64,000 nucleotides of DNA from the NCBI GenBank assembly GCA_039028615.1, contig JBCCHT010000006.1:128001-192000 (forward strand), written 5' to 3'. This stretch comes from Myxococcota bacterium. GTDB lineage: Bacteria; Myxococcota_A; Polyangia; Nannocystales; Nannocystaceae. Below the pieces are notes generated by a model. The model ran no database searches and was not told the DNA's origin. It saw only the letters and a program-made list of their open reading frames with translations. Below are positions 18,209 to 26,619 of this stretch, one piece after another (positions within the stretch are counted from its first letter, which is position 1; the number at the start of each line of letters is the position of its first letter). Both the position numbers and the translations under genes were made by a program.

Positions 18209-19153
18209 TCAGACGAACGCAAGTTGATAACCGATGCGGTACTTCCCATTGTAGGCGGTGAGACTGCGCGTGTGGCGGTTGATCACGCCATCCGAACCGA
18301 AGTCATTTTCGCTGTAGACCTTGATTCGGACACCATAAACTGGCCATGCTCGCTCGAAGATCAGTGCATCGAGGAGGCTATTGAGCGCAGGGCCAAGGGC
18401 ACCCGCGATAGCAGCCACAGATTTCGCGCCGGCAGCACTCCCCACAGCCTGGATACCAGCAGTGACCGTATCTGTAATCCGACTAATACTCCTCATCGTG
18501 GAAGCATTGGAATCCAGCAGCATAAAGTGCCAGTAAAATGTCTTCGGATAGGAATTCGTGGTCGAAAGGCTAAACTTACCCAGATGCCGTTCGCCATAGC
18601 TCATGTAATCTCCATCGTCGATGTGTTTCCCTAGGTAGATTGCCTTATGAGAGTCAATATTTCCACTTGCCCCAATCCAGGATGACACGAGATACATCTT
18701 CCGATTGTATTCAAAACCTCCCCAATTCGCCTCATCAATACAGTGAATCGCTCGCAGGTTCATATGAAGGTTCTTATACCTTGAGGGACTTGGCTGAGTC
18801 GTCGCCCGGCCAGTAAGGCCGCTCACTGAAGGGCGAACAAAACCCGCCACAGTCGGTGACGGAGAGACAACCACCAGATCGCTGGGCATGAAACTCTCCT
18901 TCAGTTCGTTGTCGTTCAAGATTCGATCTAACCGTGGGCGAAGATCATCGAACACTTCGTCATCCAAAGCTGATACGATCGAAGCGGCCTGCCTCTCCAA
19001 CGATGCGGGATCGTCCGACAGCTCAACGGCGGATGGCCGGGCACGATTGAGCATTGCGGACATGAGTACTTTGAGGGATGTTCGCGCGAGCGTCACTGCA
19101 TCCTGGCGATCAGCGGCGGACAGGGACGCAAAGGAGAATGGTTCAACTGGCAT
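18209..19153 (-). CDS. Hypothetical protein in the low-GC islet
   Basis: 314-aa ORF in AT-richer DNA where long ORFs are unlikely by chance. Helical N-terminus, beta-rich C-terminus with an internal Ala/Gly hydrophobic hairpin. Confidence 0.8.
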   Translation of the reverse strand: MPVEPFSFASLSAADRQDAVTLARTSLKVLMSAMLNRARPSAVELSDDPASLERQAASIVSALDDEVFDDLRPRLDRILNDNELKESFMPSDLVVVSPSPTVAGFVRPSVSGLTGRATTQPSPSRYKNLHMNLRAIHCIDEANWGGFEYNRKMYLVSSWIGASGNIDSHKAIYLGKHIDDGDYMSYGERHLGKFSLSTTNSYPKTFYWHFMLLDSNASTMRSISRITDTVTAGIQAVGSAAGAKSVAAIAGALGPALNSLLDALIFERAWPVYGVRIKVYSENDFGSDGVINRHTRSLTAYNGKYRIGYQLAFV

Positions 19154-19538
19154 TGTCTTCTCGTGTTTCGTGTATGGGGGGGATCTCGCCTCGCTCCACA
19201 AACGAGGCATTTCACATTGTGGCCCGAGACAAAGTGCGCAATTCATCTACTCGTAGAGACCAATCGCAGAGCACCCATAATAGAACGAATCCCCCTCCAA
19301 GACCCGACATTTAAGACTTGAGCGACGTTTTTTTTGTCCGCTACGAAAGAGGATTCCCAGCATGACACGAAAGCGCCATCTACTGTAAATGCGAGAAATG
19401 AAGCCAGTCAACCGAGGATGACACGTCAATGCTCCAACAATGGAACGGTATCCCAAATCTGAGACATCCAGCATGTAGATTGCTCTCATGTAATAGGCTT
19501 CGTCGCTGAGTCTTTACGCGCCCGGCGCTGGCCGTTTC

Positions 19539-19550
19539 GGGGGGGGGGGG
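19539..19550 (+). repeat. Poly-G tract (12 G)
   Basis: Read directly from the sequence. Confidence 0.9.
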
Positions 19551-19954
19551 CGCTGACCCGCGAGAGCGGTGAGTCGAGAGTGACCCCACTGGGCCATCTT
19601 CCTGCACACGGTTCTCAAGCCACGCGGGCACATGCTGGCTCTCAACGCCTTCTGGACTTCAACACCGAAGCGCCCCCGCCGAAAAAACGGTGGCCAAGTG
19701 GATCAGCAAGCCTACTAAGCTCACGCCCTGGACCGCAGGTTCTCAATCTGCATAGCCCCGTCTCGTCGTACTGGACGATGAGTATCGCTCCATACGCAGC
19801 CCATGATGCCATTGAGCACTCAATACGACCCACAACGTGCAGACATGTTGGAAACAGCATCAACCAAAGACCAAGGATAGTGCCGCACTCTGAAGACACA
19901 ACCGTCGAGGCCTAGTGCAGTGCGGTATGGCGCGTGAGAGGTTAGGGCCCTCTC

Positions 19955-20803
19955 CTAAGGCGTCAGCACCGTGTTGTAGATGAGTCGCACGCCGCCCAGG
20001 AACACGGCGAGCGCACACAAGGCCGGTCGCTCGATGGTGATCAGCGGCTGCAGGTCGTCGGCGTCCACCAGCTCGGCGTAGTCGACCTTCCCCGGAGCCA
20101 GGCGCTCCTCCGCGTCGGCCAGCAGCGTCTTCACGTCGCGCTCTCCGGCCTCGAAGCGCTCGCGGACGGTGGCGAGGAACTTCGACAGCACCACCGCATG
20201 GGGCCGAAGCTCGGGGCCCAGGTTGGCGTTGCGGCTCGACATGGCCACGCCGTCGGGCTCGCGCACGATGGGCATGCCGACCACTTCGCCGCCGAGCATG
20301 AGGTCGGCGTGCATGCGACGGAGAATCGCCAGCTGCTGGTAGTCCTTCTGACCAAAGACCGCCACGTCGGGCTGCACCAGGGTCCACAGCTTGGTGACGA
20401 TGGTGCAGACCCCCCGGAAGTGACCGGGACGACTCGCTCCGCACAGGCCGTTGGACAGGCCGTGGACCTCGACCCAGGTCGACCGCGACGGGTACATGAT
20501 GTCGGGATCCAGCGGGCAGAACGCGATGTCGGCCCCGGCCGCCTCCGCCTTGGCCAGGTCCCCCGCCTCGTCCCGGGGGTAGCGATCCAGATCCTCATTC
20601 GGCCCGAACTGGGTCGGATTGACGAAGATCGTGAGCATCACCGTGCCCTCCGAGGCCGGCACCCGGCGTCGTGCCTCCTGGACCAGCGACAGGTGGCCTT
20701 CGTGCAGATAGCCCATGGTAGGCACCATTGCGACCTGCTTCCCCGCTGGCTGCCGACTGCGCCAAACTCGGACCTCCTGTGGGGTTCGCAAGACCTGGAT
20801 CAT
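19955..20803 (-). CDS. panC: Pantoate--beta-alanine ligase (pantothenate synthetase)
   Basis: VPTMGYLHEGHLSL, IFVNPTQF, RPGHFRGV, FGQKDYQQ, REPDGVAMSSRN. Confidence 0.97.
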   Translation of the reverse strand: MIQVLRTPQEVRVWRSRQPAGKQVAMVPTMGYLHEGHLSLVQEARRRVPASEGTVMLTIFVNPTQFGPNEDLDRYPRDEAGDLAKAEAAGADIAFCPLDPDIMYPSRSTWVEVHGLSNGLCGASRPGHFRGVCTIVTKLWTLVQPDVAVFGQKDYQQLAILRRMHADLMLGGEVVGMPIVREPDGVAMSSRNANLGPELRPHAVVLSKFLATVRERFEAGERDVKTLLADAEERLAPGKVDYAELVDADDLQPLITIERPALCALAVFLGGVRLIYNTVLTP

Positions 20804-20932
20804 CGCGCCGCAGGCTGTACCACAGCTGCGCCGGCCGCTCAGCTCGCCGCTGAATTTACCGGGAAGCCGCCGTTTTCGCGCGCGTTCGAGGGATGCATCG
20901 TGATCCCCGAACGCCATCAAGTACGCGACACT

Positions 20933-22144
20933 ATGGGAAACCTTGGACTCGACCTGATGCTTGCGTACGCACGACCTCGCTCTTGGCTCCTCGCCACCCT
21001 CTGGCTTCCCACGCTCGGCTGTGGCGACAACTCGGGGGTCATCACCACCGGGATGGACACGGCCATGACCAGTGGGACGACGACGGGACAGGCCACGCCC
21101 GACGCGTCGAGCAGCAGCGGCGCGGCGAGCAGCAGCAGCGGCATCGCCGATACCACGAGCGACGACGGCACGACCGACGAGGGCGGCCGCGATAGTTCCG
21201 GCACCACCACCGGTCCCGCGATCGAGGACATGGGCTGCCCCGAGTGCACCGTGCTCGCCCACGGCCTGCAAGGCGGCCGCGGGATCGCCCTCGACGACGA
21301 GTACGTCTACTTCACCGACCAGGCCGCAGGCACGGTGGAGCGTGTGCCCAAGGGCGGGGGCCCCCGCGAGGTCATCGACGACGGGCAAGACTCCCCCTAC
21401 GGCGTGGGCGTCAACGACGAGTACGTCTACTGGACCTCCTTCAACGAGGAAGGCACCGTCCAGCGCCAGGTCATCGAGGGCGGCATCACCTTTGCGCTGG
21501 CCGCCGATGCCTTCCCGCGCTTCATGCAGGTGGTCGACGGCTGGGTCTACTGGTGCAGCTTCGACGACGTCCTCGGCCGCGTCCGCCGGGTGCCGGCCGA
21601 TGGCGTGGGAGAGTCCCCCGAGACGCTCGTGTCGGTGGGCAGCGGGGTCGCGGACCTCGTGGTCGTCAACGATGTCGTCTACTTCACCGCTCACCTGCCC
21701 CCCACCGCGCCGGGCCTCGCTCCCCAGGGCATCGTGTACACCGCGTCGGCCCACTTCCCCACTGAAGAGGCCGACCTGGAGGCGGTGGCCATCGAGCAAG
21801 CCGAGCCCTGGGGGATTACCCAGCGCGGCGGCACGCTGTACTGGATCAACGGCGTCGGCAACCCACAGGACCTGCCGCGACGCGTGCTGGGGCTCAACGT
21901 GCTCAACGGCGGCCCCCCGAGCAGCCTCGTCGTGCAGCAGACCGCTCCGTGGGGCATCGACGTCGACGACGACTTCGTCTACTGGACCGACTTCATCGAG
22001 GTCAAAGCGTACCCTCGGGCGGGCGGAGACGAGGTCTTGCTCGCCGACCTGCAGAACGTGGGGCGACAGATCCTGGTCGACGAAGAGTCGGTGTACTGGA
22101 TCACGACCGACCGGGTCCTGCAGCGACCCAAGCCCAAGCTCTGA
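20933..22144 (+). CDS. Beta-propeller lipoprotein with YWT-type repeats
   Basis: Lipobox LGC, Ser/Thr linker, repeated GIA.D..YVY(W/F)T blades. Alternative start at 20957. Confidence 0.8.
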   Translation: MGNLGLDLMLAYARPRSWLLATLWLPTLGCGDNSGVITTGMDTAMTSGTTTGQATPDASSSSGAASSSSGIADTTSDDGTTDEGGRDSSGTTTGPAIEDMGCPECTVLAHGLQGGRGIALDDEYVYFTDQAAGTVERVPKGGGPREVIDDGQDSPYGVGVNDEYVYWTSFNEEGTVQRQVIEGGITFALAADAFPRFMQVVDGWVYWCSFDDVLGRVRRVPADGVGESPETLVSVGSGVADLVVVNDVVYFTAHLPPTAPGLAPQGIVYTASAHFPTEEADLEAVAIEQAEPWGITQRGGTLYWINGVGNPQDLPRRVLGLNVLNGGPPSSLVVQQTAPWGIDVDDDFVYWTDFIEVKAYPRAGGDEVLLADLQNVGRQILVDEESVYWITTDRVLQRPKPKL

Positions 22145-22168
22145 GCGCGGCGGCCGGTCGTCGCTCGC

Positions 22169-23281
22169 TCAGCGAGGCTCGGCCATCTTGGTGTCGGCCG
22201 AACGCTTGGGCTCGGCTCGCTTCGCGTCGGCGCGTCGATCCAACACCATGCCGCCGCGCCGGATCGAGCGCGGCTCCCCCGACGGGTTCGAGAACACCTC
22301 GCGCAGCTTCGCGTCGGCCTTGTCGGAGGTCACCGTGGTGAAGCCGAACTGCCAGTCGCGACCGAAGGCCTTGAACCGGTCGCCCACCATGTCGGGCACG
22401 TCGAGGTGGTTGCGAAGCAAGGGCGGAACGTCGTGGGGCAGCCGCATCGACCAGGTGCCCGAGCCCGCTTCCGACTTGGAGCAGGCGTGGCAGGTCTCGA
22501 CGCCGACGAGCAGCTCGACCTCCATGCCCTCGGGACCGAAGTCGGGCACCAACTCGATGATGTGAATGTCCCCGGGGCTGTCGGGAGCGTAGGGCGCGAG
22601 CGCGGGCTTGGTGCGGATCGATCGCCCCGCGACACCGACGATCTCGTCGAGGACCTTGGACGCCGGTTTCGGCTGCATGTCCACCGCCGCGCCGGTTCGC
22701 AAGTCGAAGACCCGGGCCTCACGGCTGACCGAGGGACGGTCTTCGTCGCACGGCTGGTGCTCGAGGCTCTGTCGCGTGAACAGGTAGGGGCCGATGTTGC
22801 CCGTGACCAGGAGCGAGCGCTGGAACTGCCCGTAGTCCTGCTCCGAACGCCCGCGAATGGGCTCGTACACGGCCACGGTCGAACCGCCGCCGGGAGGCAC
22901 CAGGCGACCCGACCAGTCGGAGAGACGACGCGTACCCCCTTCGCAATCGCCCGATTCGAACTCCACGGGCTCGGCCTCCCAGGTGAGCACCTGGTCCCCC
23001 GCCGCGAACACCAGCGCGTCCACCTCGCCCAGCTCGCCCTGACCGAGCTCGTCCTCCGTGACCCAGATCGTCTCGTAGTTGAAGCCCCCGTCTCGCTTGG
23101 GCCACTGGTTCCAGACCAAGTAGCTGACCGGCTCTTTTGTCCGCGCTCGGTCGCTCACCGAAGAGGCCGCCGCCTCGCCCTCGGCGGAACCCGAGCCGGG
23201 CTTGGCCGCGCAGGCCGTCCCCACCACCGAGCCCCCCAGTAGCACCATCGTTGCGAGTCGTCGCCCGTACCCGTCGCGCAT
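22169..23281 (-). CDS. Hypothetical lipoprotein
   Basis: ATG overlaps the upstream stop (TGATG); lipobox GTAC; contains a CHAC (CxxC) motif. Confidence 0.75.
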   Translation of the reverse strand: MRDGYGRRLATMVLLGGSVVGTACAAKPGSGSAEGEAAASSVSDRARTKEPVSYLVWNQWPKRDGGFNYETIWVTEDELGQGELGEVDALVFAAGDQVLTWEAEPVEFESGDCEGGTRRLSDWSGRLVPPGGGSTVAVYEPIRGRSEQDYGQFQRSLLVTGNIGPYLFTRQSLEHQPCDEDRPSVSREARVFDLRTGAAVDMQPKPASKVLDEIVGVAGRSIRTKPALAPYAPDSPGDIHIIELVPDFGPEGMEVELLVGVETCHACSKSEAGSGTWSMRLPHDVPPLLRNHLDVPDMVGDRFKAFGRDWQFGFTTVTSDKADAKLREVFSNPSGEPRSIRRGGMVLDRRADAKRAEPKRSADTKMAEPR

Positions 23282-24105
23282 CACTGCTCCCGTGCCCTCT
23301 CGGTCAACACCAGGGTCGACCCCTCCCCGACCAGAGTCAGTCGGTCTCCCGTGTGTCGCCACCGCAGGTCGTCGGCGAAGATCACCGCACGTACGACCGC
23401 ATCGAGTCGAGCCTCGTCGCCCTCGCAGCGCCCGTCGGCGCCCCTCACCCGAGACAACGACAGCCGCTGGCCTTGGACGCTGTAGTCACCGTGGCTCGGT
23501 GTGCATCCGTTGAAGACCTCGACCCGGCCCTCGTCGTCGAAGGACAGCGCCGCCCGCTTCTCGAGGTCGGTCCGCACGTCCTGCTCGCCGTGCCGGGCCG
23601 CGACTACCTGCCACGAAGACCGAACGAAGGGATTGCTGGGCATCGCCCGCTGATCCCGAAAATCGATGCGAGTCGCCCCCTGAATCAGGGTGAGCCCACC
23701 GGGGCGCGCCTCGATGCGGGGCTTGGACTCGAGGAAGTCGAAGTACCAGTCGTCCTGCGCGGCTTCGTGCCACGAGCACGGCACCCGAGACTGGTCCGCC
23801 CGGACACGCAGGTTGCCGTCTTCGATGAGATAGCGTCCAACGACGACGCTGCAGGCTCCCGCGGTGGTGAACTCGGAGTCCTCGAACTCCAGGCGCAGCT
23901 GGACTCCCTCCATCATTGGCGAGGGCGTGCCGTCTTCGAGGATGCGGATCGACAAGAACACCCGGTCCTCGACGTCGAGCGTCGACTCGGCCTCGCTCGG
24001 CTCGGAGGGCGGCGGCTCGGGCTCGGGGCCCGAAGAACACGCCACGATCCCGGCGCACATGCCGAGTACACAGCCGATTCGTGCCGCCGACGACGCGAGC
24101 CTCAC
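23281..24105 (-). CDS. Lipoprotein with two META (HslJ-like) domains
   Basis: Lipobox IVAC; two units of LxF...GC/AC...GxY.I..xxL with a paired downstream Cys. Start 24105 or 24141. Confidence 0.75.
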   Translation of the reverse strand: MRLASSAARIGCVLGMCAGIVACSSGPEPEPPPSEPSEAESTLDVEDRVFLSIRILEDGTPSPMMEGVQLRLEFEDSEFTTAGACSVVVGRYLIEDGNLRVRADQSRVPCSWHEAAQDDWYFDFLESKPRIEARPGGLTLIQGATRIDFRDQRAMPSNPFVRSSWQVVAARHGEQDVRTDLEKRAALSFDDEGRVEVFNGCTPSHGDYSVQGQRLSLSRVRGADGRCEGDEARLDAVVRAVIFADDLRWRHTGDRLTLVGEGSTLVLTERAREQ

Positions 24106-24161
24106 GAAGCAGGAATGCCCGAGCCTCGCGGACTCATTCACGCGAATGCGTGAGCCAGCTC

Positions 24162-25091
24162 TCAGGCCACGCCGTTGTCGCGCAATCGCTCCATGAGGAA
24201 CGAGCGACCGGTCACCGCCGGGGTCTCGTCGGTGGCCGGCTGGAGCACGCCATCGGGGTGCGGATGGCAGAACAGCGGCATCGAGTAGCGCGACCGTCCG
24301 CGATCCTCGGGGGGATTGACGACCCGATGGGTGGTGGCCGGCAGGCGCCCTCCCGTGAGCAGCTGCATCATGTCCCCGGTGTCGCAGACCATGGTGCCCG
24401 GGGGCGGGTCGATGCTCAGCCACTGCCCGGAGCGCGTGCGCAGCTCGAGACCCGGCTCGTTGGAGGCGGGCAAGATCGTGAGCAGGTTGATGTCCTCGTG
24501 CTCGGCCGCTCGCACGGCCCCGGGCGGCACCTCGGCGGGCAGGGGCGGGTAGTGGATCATCCGCAGCACCGAGTTGCCGTCCGCGGTCAGGCGGGCGAAG
24601 TACCCCGGCTCGAACCCGAGGTGCAGCTCGATCGCCCGCAGCAGGCTCATCGAGAACCGGTCCAGCGCGTCGAAGAGCGCGGCCGCGTGCTCGTCGAAGT
24701 CGGGCACTTCGCCGACCTCGCTGTTGCGCGGGATGTCGCCGCTCTGGGTCAGGGGGTGCTCGTCGGACAGGCGACGCCCGGCGTGCCAGAACTCCTTGAG
24801 GTCGGCGACGCTGCGATCCTTGGCGTGCTCGACCCCGAACGAGGTGTAGCCGCGCTGGCGCCCCTGCTCGGGCCGCTCGTAGCGTCGCTTGACGTCGTCG
24901 GGCAGCGCGAAGAATGCCTGCGCCGCCTCGTAGCCCCGTCGTAGCAGCGCCTCGTCGACGCCGTGGTCGCGCACGAACACGAAGCCGAACTCCTCGAGCC
25001 CCTGGCCCAGCACGGCGACGAATCGATCGCGTCGCTGCCCACCCGCCTCGAAGTCCTCGAAGCTCACCGTCGGAATGCTCGCGGAGCCCAT
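24162..25091 (-). CDS. 2-oxoglutarate/Fe(II) oxygenase, isopenicillin N synthase family
   Basis: GQRGY, HEDINLLT (HxD), TTHRV, RYSMP (RxS). Confidence 0.95.
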   Translation of the reverse strand: MGSASIPTVSFEDFEAGGQRRDRFVAVLGQGLEEFGFVFVRDHGVDEALLRRGYEAAQAFFALPDDVKRRYERPEQGRQRGYTSFGVEHAKDRSVADLKEFWHAGRRLSDEHPLTQSGDIPRNSEVGEVPDFDEHAAALFDALDRFSMSLLRAIELHLGFEPGYFARLTADGNSVLRMIHYPPLPAEVPPGAVRAAEHEDINLLTILPASNEPGLELRTRSGQWLSIDPPPGTMVCDTGDMMQLLTGGRLPATTHRVVNPPEDRGRSRYSMPLFCHPHPDGVLQPATDETPAVTGRSFLMERLRDNGVA

Positions 25092-25198
25092 GACGGGGAT
25101 GGACTATAGCCACTGCGCGCGGCCGCGGGGTGACCTGCCGCGGAGCCCCGGTGTGGGGAGACTCCGTGGCAAATCTCCACGCCGCCGACGCGACGAGC

Positions 25199-26578
25199 TC
25201 AGTGCATGGCGCGGCCGCCGTAGGAATCGAGCACGTAGTCGGGCCACGTGACGGCCGGCGGCATCGAGGGTCGAGCGGCCGAGGGCGCCGATGCGCCGTT
25301 GCTCCGGGCGCGCTCCGCCTCTTGCTGACGCTTGAAGTACTCGGGCGGCGTCGGCTTGCGCTGGCCGTCGACCTCGGTCATGAACTGCCGCACCATCGGG
25401 CCGGCCAGGTACTGCACCAGCAGGTTGAGCGGGTTCATGTCCACGTGCTTGGGCTTGGTCGCCTCGAGCAGCTCGAGCGGCAAGTTGAAGGCGCGGTGGC
25501 GAAGCCAACGCAGGCCGCGCTGCTCGATGCCCAGCATCTTGGCGCTCTCGGTGCCGATGAAGTAGGTGATGAGCTCGGCCGCGGGGTTGAAGGCCCGCAG
25601 CGGCTTGGGCACGAGCCGGTTGATCCAGCCCATCATCGACTCGGTGAGCGCCCGGCCATCGGGGCAAGGCCCGGCCAGTCGCTGCTTGAGCGCGTGGAAG
25701 AGCGACGCCGCCTCGTCGTAGCCATCGGGCATCAGCTCGCGGCGAATGCCCATGGTGTGCCCCACCACGTTCCATAGGTGCACGTAGGCGTCGCGATCTT
25801 GCGGGGTCAGCTTGACGCCCATCTTCTCGAGGCCGCGCACCACCACGTAGGAGAAGGTCAGCAGGACGAAGGCCTGGTCCTCCTGGTTGATGGGCACGGG
25901 ATTCATCTCGGGCTCGCCGAAGGACAGCGGATCGCCGGGCAGCCCCGCCTCTTCCTCGGCCTCGCGGTAGACCGACTCGGGCAAGCGATAGCCATCGATG
26001 GTGAGCCGACGGATCAGCGCGTGCAATAGCCGCACGGTGAGCGCCTTCTCGATGCCGACGGGCACGACCGAGCGGTCCTCCCAGGGCTGGTGGACCAAGC
26101 CACCGGGCGCACAGATGGAGAACACCATGTGTGCCGTGTGCCGCAGGCGGCGGGCAGGCTGCTCGTTGAGCTGACCGGTCGACACCAGCACGGAGGCCCC
26201 GCGCGCATCGAGGTAACACTCGGGCAAGCTCGCCACCGCCAAGAGCACCGAGCCGGCGACGAGATTGTTGCGAGTCAGGTGCTGCCCCTGCTCGAGGAGA
26301 TTGCGATCGGCCCAGGGAGGCAGGTGTCGATACTCGTGGAGAAACTCGACCAACAGATCCGAGCCCGGGACCGAGACCAGGGCGTTGGGACTGCCCCCGC
26401 CCAGCAGGCGTCGCAGCAGGATCTTGGCGGTGACTTCGGGTGAGTCACCCGAGACGCGAAGCATCTCGTGGACGGCATCGTCCGCCGGGGGATCACCCTC
26501 ACAACGCATCTGATCGAGCGTGTCGTGATCCCAGATCTTCTCCCGCGAGGACATCCCAGTGAGTGTTGGGTAGGCCAC
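25199..26578 (-). CDS. MpaB/DUF2236 (rubber oxygenase Lcp-like) heme oxygenase family protein
   Basis: GDPPAD, SLPECY, RRLRHT, VRLLHALIR, PINQED, YVHLW..VGH.MGI motifs. Confidence 0.88.
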   Translation of the reverse strand: MAYPTLTGMSSREKIWDHDTLDQMRCEGDPPADDAVHEMLRVSGDSPEVTAKILLRRLLGGGSPNALVSVPGSDLLVEFLHEYRHLPPWADRNLLEQGQHLTRNNLVAGSVLLAVASLPECYLDARGASVLVSTGQLNEQPARRLRHTAHMVFSICAPGGLVHQPWEDRSVVPVGIEKALTVRLLHALIRRLTIDGYRLPESVYREAEEEAGLPGDPLSFGEPEMNPVPINQEDQAFVLLTFSYVVVRGLEKMGVKLTPQDRDAYVHLWNVVGHTMGIRRELMPDGYDEAASLFHALKQRLAGPCPDGRALTESMMGWINRLVPKPLRAFNPAAELITYFIGTESAKMLGIEQRGLRWLRHRAFNLPLELLEATKPKHVDMNPLNLLVQYLAGPMVRQFMTEVDGQRKPTPPEYFKRQQEAERARSNGASAPSAARPSMPPAVTWPDYVLDSYGGRAMH

Positions 26579-26619
26579 GAACTCAGTATAGTCCTACATT
26601 GTCGTCCCGGGGGAGCTTC

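Larger units (their letters stand above)
18081..19954. other. Low-GC islet (probably horizontally acquired)
   Basis: Three hand-counted 60-nt lines at 18481-18660 give 40-50% GC against about 70% in the flanks. Many A/T-ending codons. No integrase or att repeats seen. Confidence 0.8.

Noticed and set aside
19247..19915. Small ORFs of 80-111 aa in the islet as genes or transposase fragments
   Set aside because: No recognisable motifs or RBS, and several overlap each other; not supportable without a homology search.
18081..19954. Islet as a prophage, IS or integrative element with att sites
   Set aside because: No integrase or transposase, and no convincing direct repeat of the panC 3-prime end at the left boundary.
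5011..25113. Long N-terminal extensions in the track (5011-7392, 15204-16820, 15906-18080, 19955-21799, 20198-22144, 23281-25113)
   Set aside because: These are Arg/Pro/Gly-rich off-frame or antisense runs typical of 70% GC DNA; recognisable domains and signal peptides begin at internal starts.
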